Positions 1-9,815 of a stretch of 64,000 nucleotides of DNA are shown here, piece by piece. The notes under the pieces are model-generated. The model did not search any database and was not told the DNA's origin. It was given only the letters and a program-made list of their open reading frames with translations. Position 1 is the first letter of the stretch, and the number at the start of each line of letters is the position of its first letter. The DNA is from Deltaproteobacteria bacterium. GTDB taxonomy: Bacteria > Desulfobacterota_D > UBA1144 > Nemesobacterales > CSP1-2. The stretch covers positions 1,369-65,368 of the forward strand of contig JACPIY010000050.1 of NCBI GenBank assembly GCA_016187835.1, written 5' to 3'. The position numbers and the translations under genes were made by a program.

Positions 1-1833
1 GCTCTTCCTGCCGAGGTGACTCATCAGATAGTGACCAAGACAGATGGAGTGCCTCTATTTGTTGAAGAGTTGACAAAGATGGTGCTTGAGTCGGGGTTGC
101 TAAGGGAACGAGAGGGCCGCTATGAACCTATGGTTCAACTACTTTCGCTTGCTATCCCTGCCACGTTACACGACTCGCTTATGGCTAGGCTTGATCGTCT
201 GCCTAGAGTCAAAGAGCTAGCGCAACTGGGAGCAACTATAGGACGCGAATTTACTTATGAGTTACTTAAGGCAATCTCATCTCTGGACGAAGAGACTTTG
301 CAGAGAGACCTAGCCAAGTTAGCGGGAGCTGAACTTCTCTACCAGAGGGGACTTCCGCCTCAGGCTAGGTACTTCTTCAAACATGCCTTGATTCAGGATA
401 CAGCCTATCAATCGTTGCTAAAGAGCAAAAGGCAACAGTACCATCAGAAAATTGCACAGGTCCTGGAGGAGCGATTTCCGGAGACTGCTGAGACCCAGCC
501 AGAGCTTCTGGCTCATCACTATACGGAGGCGGGTCTCAGGGAGCGAGCTATTGTCTATTGGCGGATGGCAGGGCAAAGAGCAGTCGAACGCTCGGCCAAT
601 GTGGAAGCTATTGGCCACTTCACCAAAGGGCTGGAGTTGCTTAAGGCCCTGCCAGACACATCCGAGCGGACTCAGCGAGAACTTGCACTGCAAATCGCTC
701 TGGGTGCTCCCCTAAGAGTTACTAAGGGCTTTGCATCTCCTGAGGTAGAAAGATCCTACGCACGTGCACGAGAGCTGTCTCAGCAGATAGGAGAGACTAC
801 TCAACTCTTCCCTGTGTTGCGAGGACTATGCGGATTTTATCTTGGGCGGGCGGAGTTACAGACGGCGCACGAGCTTGGAGAACAATGTCTGCGCCTTGCC
901 CAGGCCGCACAAGACTCCGCTCTCCTAATACAAGCTCACTATTTACTGGGAGCGACCTTATTCTGCCTTGGGGAGATAGCTTTGTCGCGCGAGCATCTAG
1001 AGCACGGGATTACCCTCTACAATCCCAAACAGCACAGCTCCCATGCATTCCTCTATGGGCAGGACCCAGGTGTGGCTTGTCTATTTTGGGAGGCTTGGGC
1101 CCTGTGGCATCTGGGCTACCCAGACCAAGCGCTGAAGAAGGGCCACGAAGCACTGACCCTGGCCCAGGAGCTATCTCACTCTTATAGCCTAGCTATTGCT
1201 CTTGACCTGATTGCCTTCCTGCATCAGTTCCGCAGAGAGGAGCATGCTGCTCAAGAGCGTGCAGAAGAGTCCATTGCAATCTCGACTGAGCAAGGATTCG
1301 AGTTTTTCTTAGAAATGGGAACTATTCTACGAGGCTGGGCACTGGCCGGGCAAGGAAGGGCTGAGGAGGGAATCTCACAGATACGCCAAGGGCTCACTGC
1401 ATGGCGGGTCACTGGAGCAGAGTTGTACCAGCCGTATTGGCTAGCTCTATTAGCTGAGACTTTTGGGAAAGTGGGGCAGACAGAGGAGGGGCTTACTGTA
1501 CTGGCCGAGGCGCTGGCAGTTGTGCGCAAAAATGAAGAGCGTTACTACGAAGCGGAGCTGTATCGGCTCAAAGGAGAGCTACTTCTGGCTCTGTCTGCTG
1601 AGAATCAAGCTGACGCTGAAACCTGTTTTCGTCAGGCTATTGATGTTGCACGTCAACAGTGTGCAAAATCTTTAGAGTTGCGGGCAGTAATGAGCTTGAG
1701 TCGTCTGTGGCACGAACAGGGCAAGAAAGAAGAAGCCCGCGAGATGCTGGCCGAGAGTTATGGCTGGTTCACCGAGGGATTTGACACTAGAGACTTGAAA
1801 GAAGCAAAAGAACTGCTTGAAAAGATGTCTTGA
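1..1833 (+). CDS. C-terminal part of an adenylate/guanylate cyclase-AAA ATPase-TPR multidomain protein (5' end outside window)
   Basis: Frame is open from base 1. Motifs KTDGVPLFVEEL, LHDSLMARLDRL, YFFKHALIQDTAYQSLL and a C-terminal AKSLELRAVMSLSRLW TPR region match this family as I recall it. Confidence 0.85.
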   Translation, partial: ALPAEVTHQIVTKTDGVPLFVEELTKMVLESGLLREREGRYEPMVQLLSLAIPATLHDSLMARLDRLPRVKELAQLGATIGREFTYELLKAISSLDEETLQRDLAKLAGAELLYQRGLPPQARYFFKHALIQDTAYQSLLKSKRQQYHQKIAQVLEERFPETAETQPELLAHHYTEAGLRERAIVYWRMAGQRAVERSANVEAIGHFTKGLELLKALPDTSERTQRELALQIALGAPLRVTKGFASPEVERSYARARELSQQIGETTQLFPVLRGLCGFYLGRAELQTAHELGEQCLRLAQAAQDSALLIQAHYLLGATLFCLGEIALSREHLEHGITLYNPKQHSSHAFLYGQDPGVACLFWEAWALWHLGYPDQALKKGHEALTLAQELSHSYSLAIALDLIAFLHQFRREEHAAQERAEESIAISTEQGFEFFLEMGTILRGWALAGQGRAEEGISQIRQGLTAWRVTGAELYQPYWLALLAETFGKVGQTEEGLTVLAEALAVVRKNEERYYEAELYRLKGELLLALSAENQADAETCFRQAIDVARQQCAKSLELRAVMSLSRLWHEQGKKEEAREMLAESYGWFTEGFDTRDLKEAKELLEKMS

Positions 1834-1991
1834 AGTTGCAAGAACCACTTAAAATTCATCACAAAATCCAAAAGACCATATAATCCCTTCCCAAGCGTCA
1901 ACTTTCGTTTACGCCGACGTCAACAAGAGTTTACGCTTTCCTCCACGTGTTTAAGCTCTGACATTAATTCTATGGTTTAAATATACGAAGC

Positions 1992-2039
1992 CGAAAATTC
2001 GTAAAGCCTTTGTCTGACAAGGGCTTGCGAGGATTTCCG
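1992..2039. repeat. Long imperfect inverted repeat
   Basis: cgaaaattcgtaaagcctttgtc / gacaagggcttgcgaggatttccg. Confidence 0.6.
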
Positions 2040-2067
2040 TACAAACTGCTCAGCTTTTGTCCAGCCT

Positions 2068-2082
2068 TGGCATGACACTTGC
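2068..2082 (+). promoter_or_regulatory. sigma54 -24/-12 promoter
   Basis: TGGCATGACACTTGC, exact GG-N10-GC spacing, upstream of an AAGGAGG RBS. Confidence 0.6.
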
Positions 2083-2126
2083 GATTTAACCAAAATTGAA
2101 AGACAAAAAGTAAGGAGGAAAAGATC

Positions 2127-2276
2127 CTGAACAAAGTCGAGATTCAAAGCAAAAGGGTAAGTGAGAAAGAACGGAGAGATTTAGTGCGAGATCTCTACGA
2201 ACCCCGTATCCGCGCGGCCCGAATGGGGTTCGCAATGAATCACGTGATGTCCATTGATTGTATCGAAGATGTTTAG
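2127..2276 (+). CDS. Putative 49-aa small protein (CTG start)
   Basis: AAGGAGG at 2112-2118, 8 nt before CTG; open to TAG at 2274-2276; no recognised homology. Confidence 0.3.
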   Translation: MNKVEIQSKRVSEKERRDLVRDLYEPRIRAARMGFAMNHVMSIDCIEDV

Positions 2277-2327
2277 GAATCTAGATGTCAAATTAATCCA
2301 AAACATAAATAAAGGAGGAAAACTCAA

Positions 2328-2441
2328 ATGAAAAGGATGTTAAACGTAATGATTCGGCGAAAGCCGAAGGAAAGGAAAATAGTATGCGAGAGTATTAGCC
2401 TTAGAGTTGCTCTTTTGTTGCAAATAACGGTTGGCAAATGA
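2328..2441 (+). CDS. Putative 37-aa small basic protein
   Basis: AAAGGAGG RBS then ATG; MKRMLNVMIRRKPKERKIVCESISLRVALLLQITVGK. Confidence 0.3.
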   Translation: MKRMLNVMIRRKPKERKIVCESISLRVALLLQITVGK

Positions 2442-2587
2442 TGACGATGCCGATAAGGCGGCATGGGACAATGCTTCCAACAGATTTATCGCTGGGGCTC
2501 CACTGCCCTGCCCCTCTAAACCAAAAACCCTCTGCAAATGTGGTGGCGATGCAAGGGATAAATAAATGCCACTAGGAGGTAACAGTC

Positions 2588-3691
2588 ATGGATTGGGGAT
2601 TACATTTTCCGTCACACATACATTCATGGAAATGGGTTTCATACGGGGAACAGAAAGGGTTCTCTTACTTTATGCCGTATGACAGCATCGGAAGCGATGT
2701 CTATGAAACCCTTGCACTCTGTGCCGTAAATACAAAAACCATAAAGTTAGGACCGGGTGTTACAAGCCCCGGGTCACGTACTGCACCTGTCACTGCCCGC
2801 GCTATGGCAACTCTTAATGAGTTGGCGCCTGGAAGATGCGTCCTGGGTATTGGCACCGGAAACACTGCCCGTCGGGCATGGGGGATGCCACCAGCAAAGA
2901 TTGATGAGATAAGAGAATTTGCTGAGATATGCAGGAAGATGTTTAAGGGGGAAGAAACTCTTTATGTTGAAGGGCCGGATAGATACATGAATGAAGAGAG
3001 ACGTCGCTATGTGAAGTTCTTAAGTCCTGATTGGGGCTTTATTAATGTTAAAGATGATATTCCTATTTTTTTAGCGGGAAGTGGCCCTAGGATGCTAGAG
3101 TTAGCTGGTGAGACGGCCGATGGCGTTATTTTACTCGGCACTATTGGCGAATCTTTCGTTGATTACTGTATGGAGCATATTAGAATCGGCGCAAAGAAAG
3201 CGGGAAGAGACCCAAAGAGCCTCTATACGATCGTGCTCACGGCTTTTCATATTTTAGAGAAAGGAGAAACGTTAGATTCGAGGTCAGTAAAGCTTGCGGT
3301 AGGCCCTGTTGTTGCAGTGTGTCTAAATATTGCGGCTCTTTCACTAGAGAACTACGAAAAAACAACGGGTACTGCTAAGGGTGATCCTTTGCCGGAGGAT
3401 ATACGAGAAGGTGTAATGAAATTCACTGACGCATACCCAGGAAGGAAGATGGATATTCAAAGGAGACACCTAAAACTCTACGGCAGCTATTTTGTGTGGA
3501 ATGAAGAATATGAACCTCTCATTACACCAGAGATGATAAAGACTTCGACACTTGTCGGTACTCCTGAAGAAATAAGAGAGACTGTGCATAGGCTAGAATC
3601 TCAAGGAATAAATCAGGTTATGATAGCGCCTATTCCAGACCCTAACAAGTCAATGGACAGCTTCCACGAAAACATTATCTCCAAGTACTAG
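2588..3691 (+). CDS. LLM-class (luciferase-like) flavin/F420-dependent oxidoreductase
   Basis: TKTIKLGPGVTSP, TLNELAPGRCVLGIGTG, IPIFLAGSGPRMLELAGETADGV, LVGTPEEI; GGAGG RBS. Confidence 0.9.
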   Translation: MDWGLHFPSHIHSWKWVSYGEQKGFSYFMPYDSIGSDVYETLALCAVNTKTIKLGPGVTSPGSRTAPVTARAMATLNELAPGRCVLGIGTGNTARRAWGMPPAKIDEIREFAEICRKMFKGEETLYVEGPDRYMNEERRRYVKFLSPDWGFINVKDDIPIFLAGSGPRMLELAGETADGVILLGTIGESFVDYCMEHIRIGAKKAGRDPKSLYTIVLTAFHILEKGETLDSRSVKLAVGPVVAVCLNIAALSLENYEKTTGTAKGDPLPEDIREGVMKFTDAYPGRKMDIQRRHLKLYGSYFVWNEEYEPLITPEMIKTSTLVGTPEEIRETVHRLESQGINQVMIAPIPDPNKSMDSFHENIISKY

Positions 3692-3744
3692 AGAGGCGAG
3701 TAACTATACGCCGAACGGCAATAAATTGAATTTGGCTCCTTGGA

Positions 3745-3831
3745 TGTCATTCTGAACGGAGCGCAGCGGAGTGAAGAATCTGCCCGCTTTTGAGGACACG
3801 ACTGAGATTCTTCGCTTCGCTCAGAATGACA
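3745..3831. repeat. Palindromic MITE/REP-like element (TGTCATTCTGA...TCAGAATGACA)
   Basis: 11-bp perfect terminal inverted repeat plus an internal gaagaatc/gattcttc pair. Confidence 0.75.
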
Positions 3832-3913
3832 ATTAAAAGCACAATTCATGTCCGTACAAAGTATAGAATCCATCAAGAGCTGTGACATATTTCAAACAAA
3901 GGAGGTGATTAGA

Positions 3914-4102
3914 ATGGCGAAATTTTTAGCGGTTCATCCAGTGGATCCACAGCTAAATGACAAGGGTGAGATAATAACGGTTTACTGCGAATGGGACGGA
4001 AAAGATGTTGAAGCTGTTAGACAGGCTTTAAAGTCAATACCTGAGCTTCCAGCTAAAGCTATATCTCCAATGGCTGAAATTCACGGAGAGAATTACAGGT
4101 AG
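3914..4102 (+). CDS. Small protein resembling the DUF4242-like family, possibly internally deleted
   Basis: GGAGG RBS; MAKFLAVHPV...VYCEWDGKDVEAVRQAL resembles that family but is only 62 aa. Confidence 0.45.
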   Translation: MAKFLAVHPVDPQLNDKGEIITVYCEWDGKDVEAVRQALKSIPELPAKAISPMAEIHGENYR

Positions 4103-4290
4103 ATTTCTTGGCTAAAGGCCACTGGAGAATTTTCTTCGGTTTCTCTAGTGCCTTTTCAGCAACAGCTTGACCACGCTACAAGCAGGTACAAGCAACTCTT
4201 TCTTTTTTACGTAAATGGACGGTTGGAGAGAGAATTTAGGTTCATGCATAAAACGGGATAATGAAAAAAGTTTTCCTTGACGCTGGCACC

Positions 4291-4338
4291 CTTAAAAGAA
4301 TTTCCCTTGAGCAGGGTGGCAAGTCTCCAAACATTATC
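4291..4338 (+). pseudogene. Tiny aldehyde dehydrogenase-like remnant
   Basis: LKRISLEQGGKSPNII resembles the ALDH LKxVxLELGGKSPNI motif; flanks do not continue it. Confidence 0.4.
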
Positions 4339-4372
4339 CGGTTAAATAGTTATCGTATCGCTATCTATCCCG

Positions 4373-4430
4373 GTAGGGGTAACTCTCGCGGTTACCCACA
4401 AACTAGGGCAGGTGCAAGACCTGCCCCTAC
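4373..4430. repeat. Paired GTAG-type REP palindromes
   Basis: GTAGGGGTAAC-tctcgcg-GTTACCC and AGGGCAGGT-gcaag-ACCTGCCCCTAC, just downstream of argG. Confidence 0.7.
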
Positions 4431-4476
4431 AATTCTTACAAATCTGCTAATGCTTTATATCCGCACAGAATTAGTA

Positions 4477-5685
4477 TCATTTTTTATTTCTCTCCACAAT
4501 CTCTCTTACTGCAAGCCTTAATGCATTTAGTCTTATAAACCCAGTCGCATCGCCTTGATTATAAACTCTGTCCTCTTCAAAGGTGGCTAAGTCCTTCTGA
4601 TATAGTGAAAACGGAGAACGTCTTCCTGCAATTGAAACGTTTCCCTTATAAATTTTTGCCCTTGTTGTTCCGGTGACGTTTTTCTGTGATTCTTCTATCG
4701 AGGCCCTAAGCATTGCCATCTCCGGCGAGTACCAGAACCCGTAGTAGATAAGCTCAGAAAACTTAGGAACGAGCGTGTCTCTAAGATGCATAACTTCTCT
4801 ATCCATGGTAATTGACTCAAGCCCTCTATGTGCGACATGGAGTATGGTTCCGCCTGGGGTTTCGTAGACTCCGCGGGATTTTATCCCGACAAACCTATTC
4901 TCGACCATATCCACTCTACCTACTCCGTTTTTTCCTCCGATTTCATTTAGTTTATAAAGAAGTTCCACAGGGGAAAGTTCTTCTCCATCAACGCTTACAG
5001 GAACCCCTTTTTCAAAATCTATATCAATATAAGTAGGTTCATCAGGAGCTTTCTCAGGGGAAACAGTCATCTCAAAGATATCCTCGGGCGGCTGATTCCA
5101 AGGGTCCTCGAGTATCCCCCCCTCGTAGCTCGTATGAAACATGTTTCTATCACAGCTATAGGGCTTCTTAGAAGTTACGGGAACGGGAATCCCATGCTCC
5201 TTTGCATATGCTATTAGAGCTTCTCTTGACTTTAAATCCCACTCGCGCCAAGGAGCGATTACTTGAATTTTGGGCTCAAGGGCACAGTAGGTCAATTCAA
5301 ACCTTACCTGGTCATTCCCCTTTCCGGTTGCTCCGTGTGCTACGGCATCCGCATTTTCTCCTTTGGCAACCTCGATTTGTTTCTTTGCAATAAGAGGTCT
5401 GCCAAGAGAGGTTCCCATAAGATACATTCCCTCATAAACCGCATTTGCTCGGAGAGCGGGAAAAACAAAATCCTTCACGAATTCTTCTCTCAAATCCTCG
5501 ATATAAACCTTGCTCGCTCCAGTCTTTAGGGCTTTTACTCTTACCTCATCTAAATCCTCTCCCTGCCCCAAATCAGCCACAAAAGCCACTACCTCAGCCT
5601 TATATTTCTCTATAAGCCATCTCAGTATTACTGATGTATCAAGGCCGCCTGAGTAAGCAAGAACTATTTTCTTTATATCTCCCAT
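4477..5685 (-). CDS. argG: Argininosuccinate synthase
   Basis: [36 protein letters not shown]. Confidence 0.98.
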   Translation of the reverse strand: MGDIKKIVLAYSGGLDTSVILRWLIEKYKAEVVAFVADLGQGEDLDEVRVKALKTGASKVYIEDLREEFVKDFVFPALRANAVYEGMYLMGTSLGRPLIAKKQIEVAKGENADAVAHGATGKGNDQVRFELTYCALEPKIQVIAPWREWDLKSREALIAYAKEHGIPVPVTSKKPYSCDRNMFHTSYEGGILEDPWNQPPEDIFEMTVSPEKAPDEPTYIDIDFEKGVPVSVDGEELSPVELLYKLNEIGGKNGVGRVDMVENRFVGIKSRGVYETPGGTILHVAHRGLESITMDREVMHLRDTLVPKFSELIYYGFWYSPEMAMLRASIEESQKNVTGTTRAKIYKGNVSIAGRRSPFSLYQKDLATFEEDRVYNQGDATGFIRLNALRLAVREIVERNKK

Positions 5686-5720
5686 CTTCTCAACGTAAGG
5701 TTTATTGAACGTGAATATAC

Positions 5721-5878
5721 CGATTTTGGATTGCGGAATTAAAGCTTTTAACTAGCCACGAAATTTGGGTATCGGGTATTCGATTTTAGGAATGGCCAAT
5801 ACATAATATCTATATTCGTGACCATTCGTGTTCATTTGTGGCCAAACATACTTTTAAATCTGAAATCTGCAATCCGAG
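5721..5878. repeat. Nested inverted-repeat element including a copy of a ~55-bp dispersed repeat
   Basis: Outer pair ggattgcgga/tctgcaatcc, inner pair tagccacgaa/tttgtggcca; 5823-5876 is a close reverse complement of 25564-25618. Confidence 0.7.
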
Positions 5879-5888
5879 AGCCGCAATT

Positions 5889-6320
5889 TTAAACCGCTCC
5901 GCCGCTCCCCCTTAGATCATAAAAATAAAATGTCGCTCCCTTACCCTCATAAAACTTCTCCAGTGAAAGACCGAGATACTCTAACTTAGCAATGTCATCC
6001 CCTGTATATGATGTACGCTTCACTTCCTTTGAAAGTTTACAGACTATCGGAATATCATTTGTGGGATTGTCCTGAGATGTGAAGTTTAGTTGAAACTCTC
6101 CATCAATTGACATATCATTCCGAACTGCAAACCCCAAAGCCATATTGGCATTGATAAGCTCAACAACTATAACCTTCACCCTACTGCTTCCACCTTCGGC
6201 TTCTCCTACACTATCTACTTCAAATGTATAAGCGTAAAAGTTAACCGGAATGTTTTTTTCTCCCATCGAATTCAGGTACAAATAATCTTCCGAAGTTATG
6301 AAACACAGAATCTGTAACAT
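5889..6320 (-). CDS. Hypothetical protein (143 aa)
   Basis: GGAGG RBS before the ATG at 6320; no recognised motif. Confidence 0.7.
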   Translation of the reverse strand: MLQILCFITSEDYLYLNSMGEKNIPVNFYAYTFEVDSVGEAEGGSSRVKVIVVELINANMALGFAVRNDMSIDGEFQLNFTSQDNPTNDIPIVCKLSKEVKRTSYTGDDIAKLEYLGLSLEKFYEGKGATFYFYDLRGSGGAV

Positions 6321-6439
6321 TTAATCCTCCGTAAGTTTAGTAATGAATTAAAAGTGAAAGTTTTCTGTTTTTACAATTCGTAACTCTTCATTCATGACTC
6401 TACTTTGGAACTATTATCATAACATGTTTCTCTCATACT

Positions 6440-7120
6440 TTAAACCAGTCCGACGAAGCTCAGTTGCTTTCCTACTCCCTTACCATCTCTTCTATACGAA
6501 TGAAACCCGCTGTCACACTTTGTACATATATTTATTATTTCTATATCTTTGACCCCTTCTTCTACCAAGGCAATCCTATTGGCTTCTTTTAGATCGAGGA
6601 TGTATTTAGAATCATTTTTCTTCAACAGATAACTCTTCCAATTATCAAATTTATTCATAAACAAAGATGCGACATCCTCTCCAACCTCGTAGCAGCATCT
6701 TCCAATAGAAGGACCTAAGACTACGTAAACACTCGAAGGCTCGATTCCGAAGTTTTTCTCTATCTCAAGGAGAGCGGTTTTTGTAATTTGAGAAAGTGTT
6801 CCTCTCCAACCTGCATGAACTGCCGCTACAACAGAAGCAGTTCTGTCAACAAAAAGGATCGGTTGACAGTCCGCAGTAAAAACCCCTATTCCCATATCCT
6901 TTAAACTCGTCACAATCGCATCCCCTTTTTGCTCTGATTCTTGTCTAAATCCATCTTTAATCACAAAAACATTGCTGCTATGAATTTGATTCAATGTGAA
7001 AATCCTGCTCAGTCCAAAATAACTTGCAGCCTCTTCCAAACCTCCCTTGAATCCTCGATTTGAAAACCCGTGAACGATGCCGCTAATTATTGATAAATTT
7101 TCGGATTTAATCCAGCTCAT
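6440..7120 (-). CDS. pgeF: Peptidoglycan editing factor PgeF/YfiH (laccase-domain) family
   Basis: LNQIHS, FTADCQPI, VHAGWRG, CTKC..FHSYRR; downstream of rluD. Confidence 0.93.
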   Translation of the reverse strand: MSWIKSENLSIISGIVHGFSNRGFKGGLEEAASYFGLSRIFTLNQIHSSNVFVIKDGFRQESEQKGDAIVTSLKDMGIGVFTADCQPILFVDRTASVVAAVHAGWRGTLSQITKTALLEIEKNFGIEPSSVYVVLGPSIGRCCYEVGEDVASLFMNKFDNWKSYLLKKNDSKYILDLKEANRIALVEEGVKDIEIINICTKCDSGFHSYRRDGKGVGKQLSFVGLV

Positions 7121-7130
7121 AACAAATGCC

Positions 7131-7181
7131 GATTGCAGATTTCAAACTTAAAAGCGTATTCAGCCACGAATGAACATGAAT
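7131..7181 (+). repeat. Copy of the ~55-bp dispersed repeat
   Basis: gattgcagatttcaaacttaaaagcgtattcagccacgaatgaacatgaat aligns with 25567-25617. Confidence 0.7.
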
Positions 7182-7197
7182 TTACACTTTATAAAAT

Positions 7198-7265
7198 GAT
7201 GCACGATACATGATTCATGATACATGAAAGCTTCTACATGCATCCTGTATCGTGTATCTTGCATC
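7198..7265. repeat. 7-bp-unit hairpin
   Basis: gatgcac gatacat gattcat gatacat / catgcat cctgtat cgtgtat cttgcat. Confidence 0.75.
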
Positions 7266-7309
7266 CCATTTACTTTCATCAGTGTTATTTCTTGGCTAAT
7301 TAAACTTTT

Positions 7310-8296
7310 TTATTCAGCAAGTCGAGATTCTAATGTTTTAATTACTTCTTTCATATCTTCAGAGAGTGGTGCTTGAAATTCCAAATAGTCTCCACTTCTA
7401 GGATGAACAAAACCAATAGTTGATGCATGAAGCGCATGTCTTCCCAGTTTCCTTGAAACTGCATTCAAAAAATCGGAATTATGTTTTCTAGACCCATAAA
7501 CCCTGTCACCTAAAAGCGGGTAGCCGTTATCAGCAAAATGAACCCTTATCTGATGGGTTCTTCCCGTCTTAGGCTTCGCTTCAACCATTGTTACTTCCTC
7601 GTATCGTTTTATAACTTTCCATAAAGTTAAAGCTTCCTTTCCGGTCTTTGCTTTTGTAGACATTTTTATTCTATTCGTAGGATGCCTGCCTATAGGTGTG
7701 GAGAAGTAACCCGATTCCTCTTTAACTTTTCCCAAAACCAGTGCTACATAACTCTTTTTTACTTCCCGAGATTTGAATTGATTTATAAGCAACTGATGTG
7801 CAAAATCGTTTTTTGCGACAACCATCACGCCTGACGTATCCTTATCGAGTCTATGTACTATTCCTGGCCTAATCTTACCTCCTATTCCGGAAAGCCACTT
7901 GCACCTATATAGAAGAGCGTTTACCAGAGTCCCCTCTTTTATTCCCGCTCCCGGATGGACTGTTAGACCAGCAGGTTTATTCACCACTACAACATCATCA
8001 TCTTCATAAAGAACTTCAACGGGGATGTCCTGAGGTTTGGCTTCAATAGGCTGAGGAGGAAGTAATGTCACCGAAACCGTCTCGCCACCGCTTAGCTTCT
8101 TTGAGGGTTTTGTAGGCTTTCCCTCCACCAGAATAAGCCCTTCGTCAATCAATTTCCTTATCTGTGAACGGGTAAGACCGGATAGAAGATGAGAAAAAGC
8201 AACATCGGCCCTCTTACCTGAAAAACTAAGGGGTATTTGAAATGTCTCCGTATTAGCTTCTTTGCTCATAGTCTTTCTATAATCCACTTCTCTCAC
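7310..8296 (-). CDS. rluD: RluA-family pseudouridine synthase, RluD-like (ATG at 8269 may be the true start)
   Basis: S4 domain, VNKPAGLTVHP, GIVHRLDKDTSG, TGRTHQIRVH, HALHA. Confidence 0.93.
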   Translation of the reverse strand: MREVDYRKTMSKEANTETFQIPLSFSGKRADVAFSHLLSGLTRSQIRKLIDEGLILVEGKPTKPSKKLSGGETVSVTLLPPQPIEAKPQDIPVEVLYEDDDVVVVNKPAGLTVHPGAGIKEGTLVNALLYRCKWLSGIGGKIRPGIVHRLDKDTSGVMVVAKNDFAHQLLINQFKSREVKKSYVALVLGKVKEESGYFSTPIGRHPTNRIKMSTKAKTGKEALTLWKVIKRYEEVTMVEAKPKTGRTHQIRVHFADNGYPLLGDRVYGSRKHNSDFLNAVSRKLGRHALHASTIGFVHPRSGDYLEFQAPLSEDMKEVIKTLESRLAE

Positions 8297-9402
8297 TTAG
8301 CTTCTCCCTTATTCTTTTCTTGCACCATTCTCCTGGCTGTACTTGCAATAACACCGGGGAGATTTTTATTCCAAAGAAGGGCCCTGAGTTCCTTATCCCT
8401 CAGATGGCGGATAAGGTTAAGAGATATATGGGACGGTGTTTTGGGATTGTTAACCAGCGCTAACTTAACTTGGTAAATCTTAGCCCACTTACGAGCCATC
8501 GCTACCTCACGAAGTATATCCTCGTCTACTGTCTTTGATTGAGCGATATTTATAACCTCCATATCTGAAAGACGAGGATTTTTTAGTACTGCACTCGCTA
8601 CAATCCTGTTTGGGTCGCGGACGAGAATAGTTCGTGAATCCCTGTTCCCCAATATAGCAAGCTTTACCTTTTGTGCTATGTTCATCTGCTTTATTATATT
8701 GATTAGACTTTCACGCTTTTTATCACCAATGTCTTCTTCACTCTCTTCTACGAAATCCTCTGAGAAATCTATTTCATCTAAAAACGACTCCTTAATGTCT
8801 TCGAGTACCGTTGGTTCTACTTCTTCCTGAGATTCTTCCGAAGTTTCCGAATGGGATTCATATTCCTTTAGGAACTCAGGAACCGAGCCCCGTTTGCTTA
8901 AATAAAGGCTGAAAAAAGAAATCACCTTGTCGAGCGTAGATCGGCTTATTGCAGAGTTCTTACTGAGAGATTCAACAATGTCCTCCGAACGCAGAATCCG
9001 CTCCTGATTATTAGCTATGATGTCTAAAAGGGATTGGCTATGAAGGGTCTCGGCAAGGTAAACAATGGTGTTATCGCTTGTGAAATGGTTTAATATGATT
9101 CTTTGGAGTTGGGATTCGCTGTCGGTATTTCTAGCTATATAATCTAGAAGCTCTGACGGCGTAGAAGTATCGGCAAGTAAACTTACCATAACTCCTTCCG
9201 GTATAGACTTTAGAGACTTCTCAGCCTCTATACTAACTTCTTTATCTTCTTCCAAAGTGAGACCGTAAAGAACGAGGGCAAGGTCTTTTGGTGGAACCGG
9301 AATAACACCCCGTGCCGCCATAAGGCGCATCTCTCTAGGCATGGACGGGTCAATAAATTTCTTTAAGGTCTCAGGAATTTTTTCAAAAAAACCTTTCGTC
9401 AT
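8293..9402 (-). CDS. Conserved hypothetical alpha-helical repeat protein
   Basis: Long ORF; C-terminal QKVKLAILGNRDSRTILVRDPNRIVASAVLKNPRL resembles a deltaproteobacterial family; start taken at MTKGFF. Confidence 0.8.
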   Translation of the reverse strand: MTKGFFEKIPETLKKFIDPSMPREMRLMAARGVIPVPPKDLALVLYGLTLEEDKEVSIEAEKSLKSIPEGVMVSLLADTSTPSELLDYIARNTDSESQLQRIILNHFTSDNTIVYLAETLHSQSLLDIIANNQERILRSEDIVESLSKNSAISRSTLDKVISFFSLYLSKRGSVPEFLKEYESHSETSEESQEEVEPTVLEDIKESFLDEIDFSEDFVEESEEDIGDKKRESLINIIKQMNIAQKVKLAILGNRDSRTILVRDPNRIVASAVLKNPRLSDMEVINIAQSKTVDEDILREVAMARKWAKIYQVKLALVNNPKTPSHISLNLIRHLRDKELRALLWNKNLPGVIASTARRMVQEKNKGEAK

Positions 9403-9551
9403 AAGTAGCTTTATTTTAAGTAAAAATAATGGAGGATACAACTTTCCCTGATTTGCCAAACAATTGACGAAATTTGTTAGAGAATATTTCCATCTCCTCA
9501 TTTATTAAAAAATTTTTGAGCGATTTAAACAAGTTAGGAATTGAATCATTC

Positions 9552-9566
9552 TGGCATAGTTTTTGC
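9552..9566 (+). promoter_or_regulatory. sigma54 -24/-12 promoter
   Basis: TGGCATAGTTTTTGC, identical to 14610-14624. Confidence 0.65.
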
Positions 9567-9614
9567 TGTTTTTAAAATAGTAAAGATTTCGTTTTTGGAT
9601 AATTATTGGTCGTA

Positions 9615-9686
9615 TGTCATGTTGAGCGAGGCGAATCATCCCATTTGACTGAGAGCATAAGACACTTCGCTGACTTCAGTGTGACA
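9615..9686. repeat. Degenerate copy of the TGTCAT..GAGCG MITE-like palindrome
   Basis: tgtcatgttgagcgaggcgaa...cttcgctgacttcagtgtgaca resembles 3745-3831. Confidence 0.55.
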
Positions 9687-9815
9687 CGACAAGTGTTTAA
9701 CCGGAGTTGATATTATTAAAGCTAAGTTTGCGGGTTATTTTCTCTCAATGAGATGGAAATGATACGGAACAACTGGCTTAAGGTTTGGGAATATCATAAA
9801 GCTAGGAGAAATAAA

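Noticed and set aside
2340-2587. Riboswitch upstream of the LLM gene (GAAA-tetraloop hairpin)
   Set aside because: No match to the c-di-GMP, c-di-AMP, cobalamin or fluoride consensus elements that I can recall.
4261-4521. 86-aa ORF
   Set aside because: It runs through REP palindromes and overlaps the argG end; only a short ALDH-like motif is meaningful.
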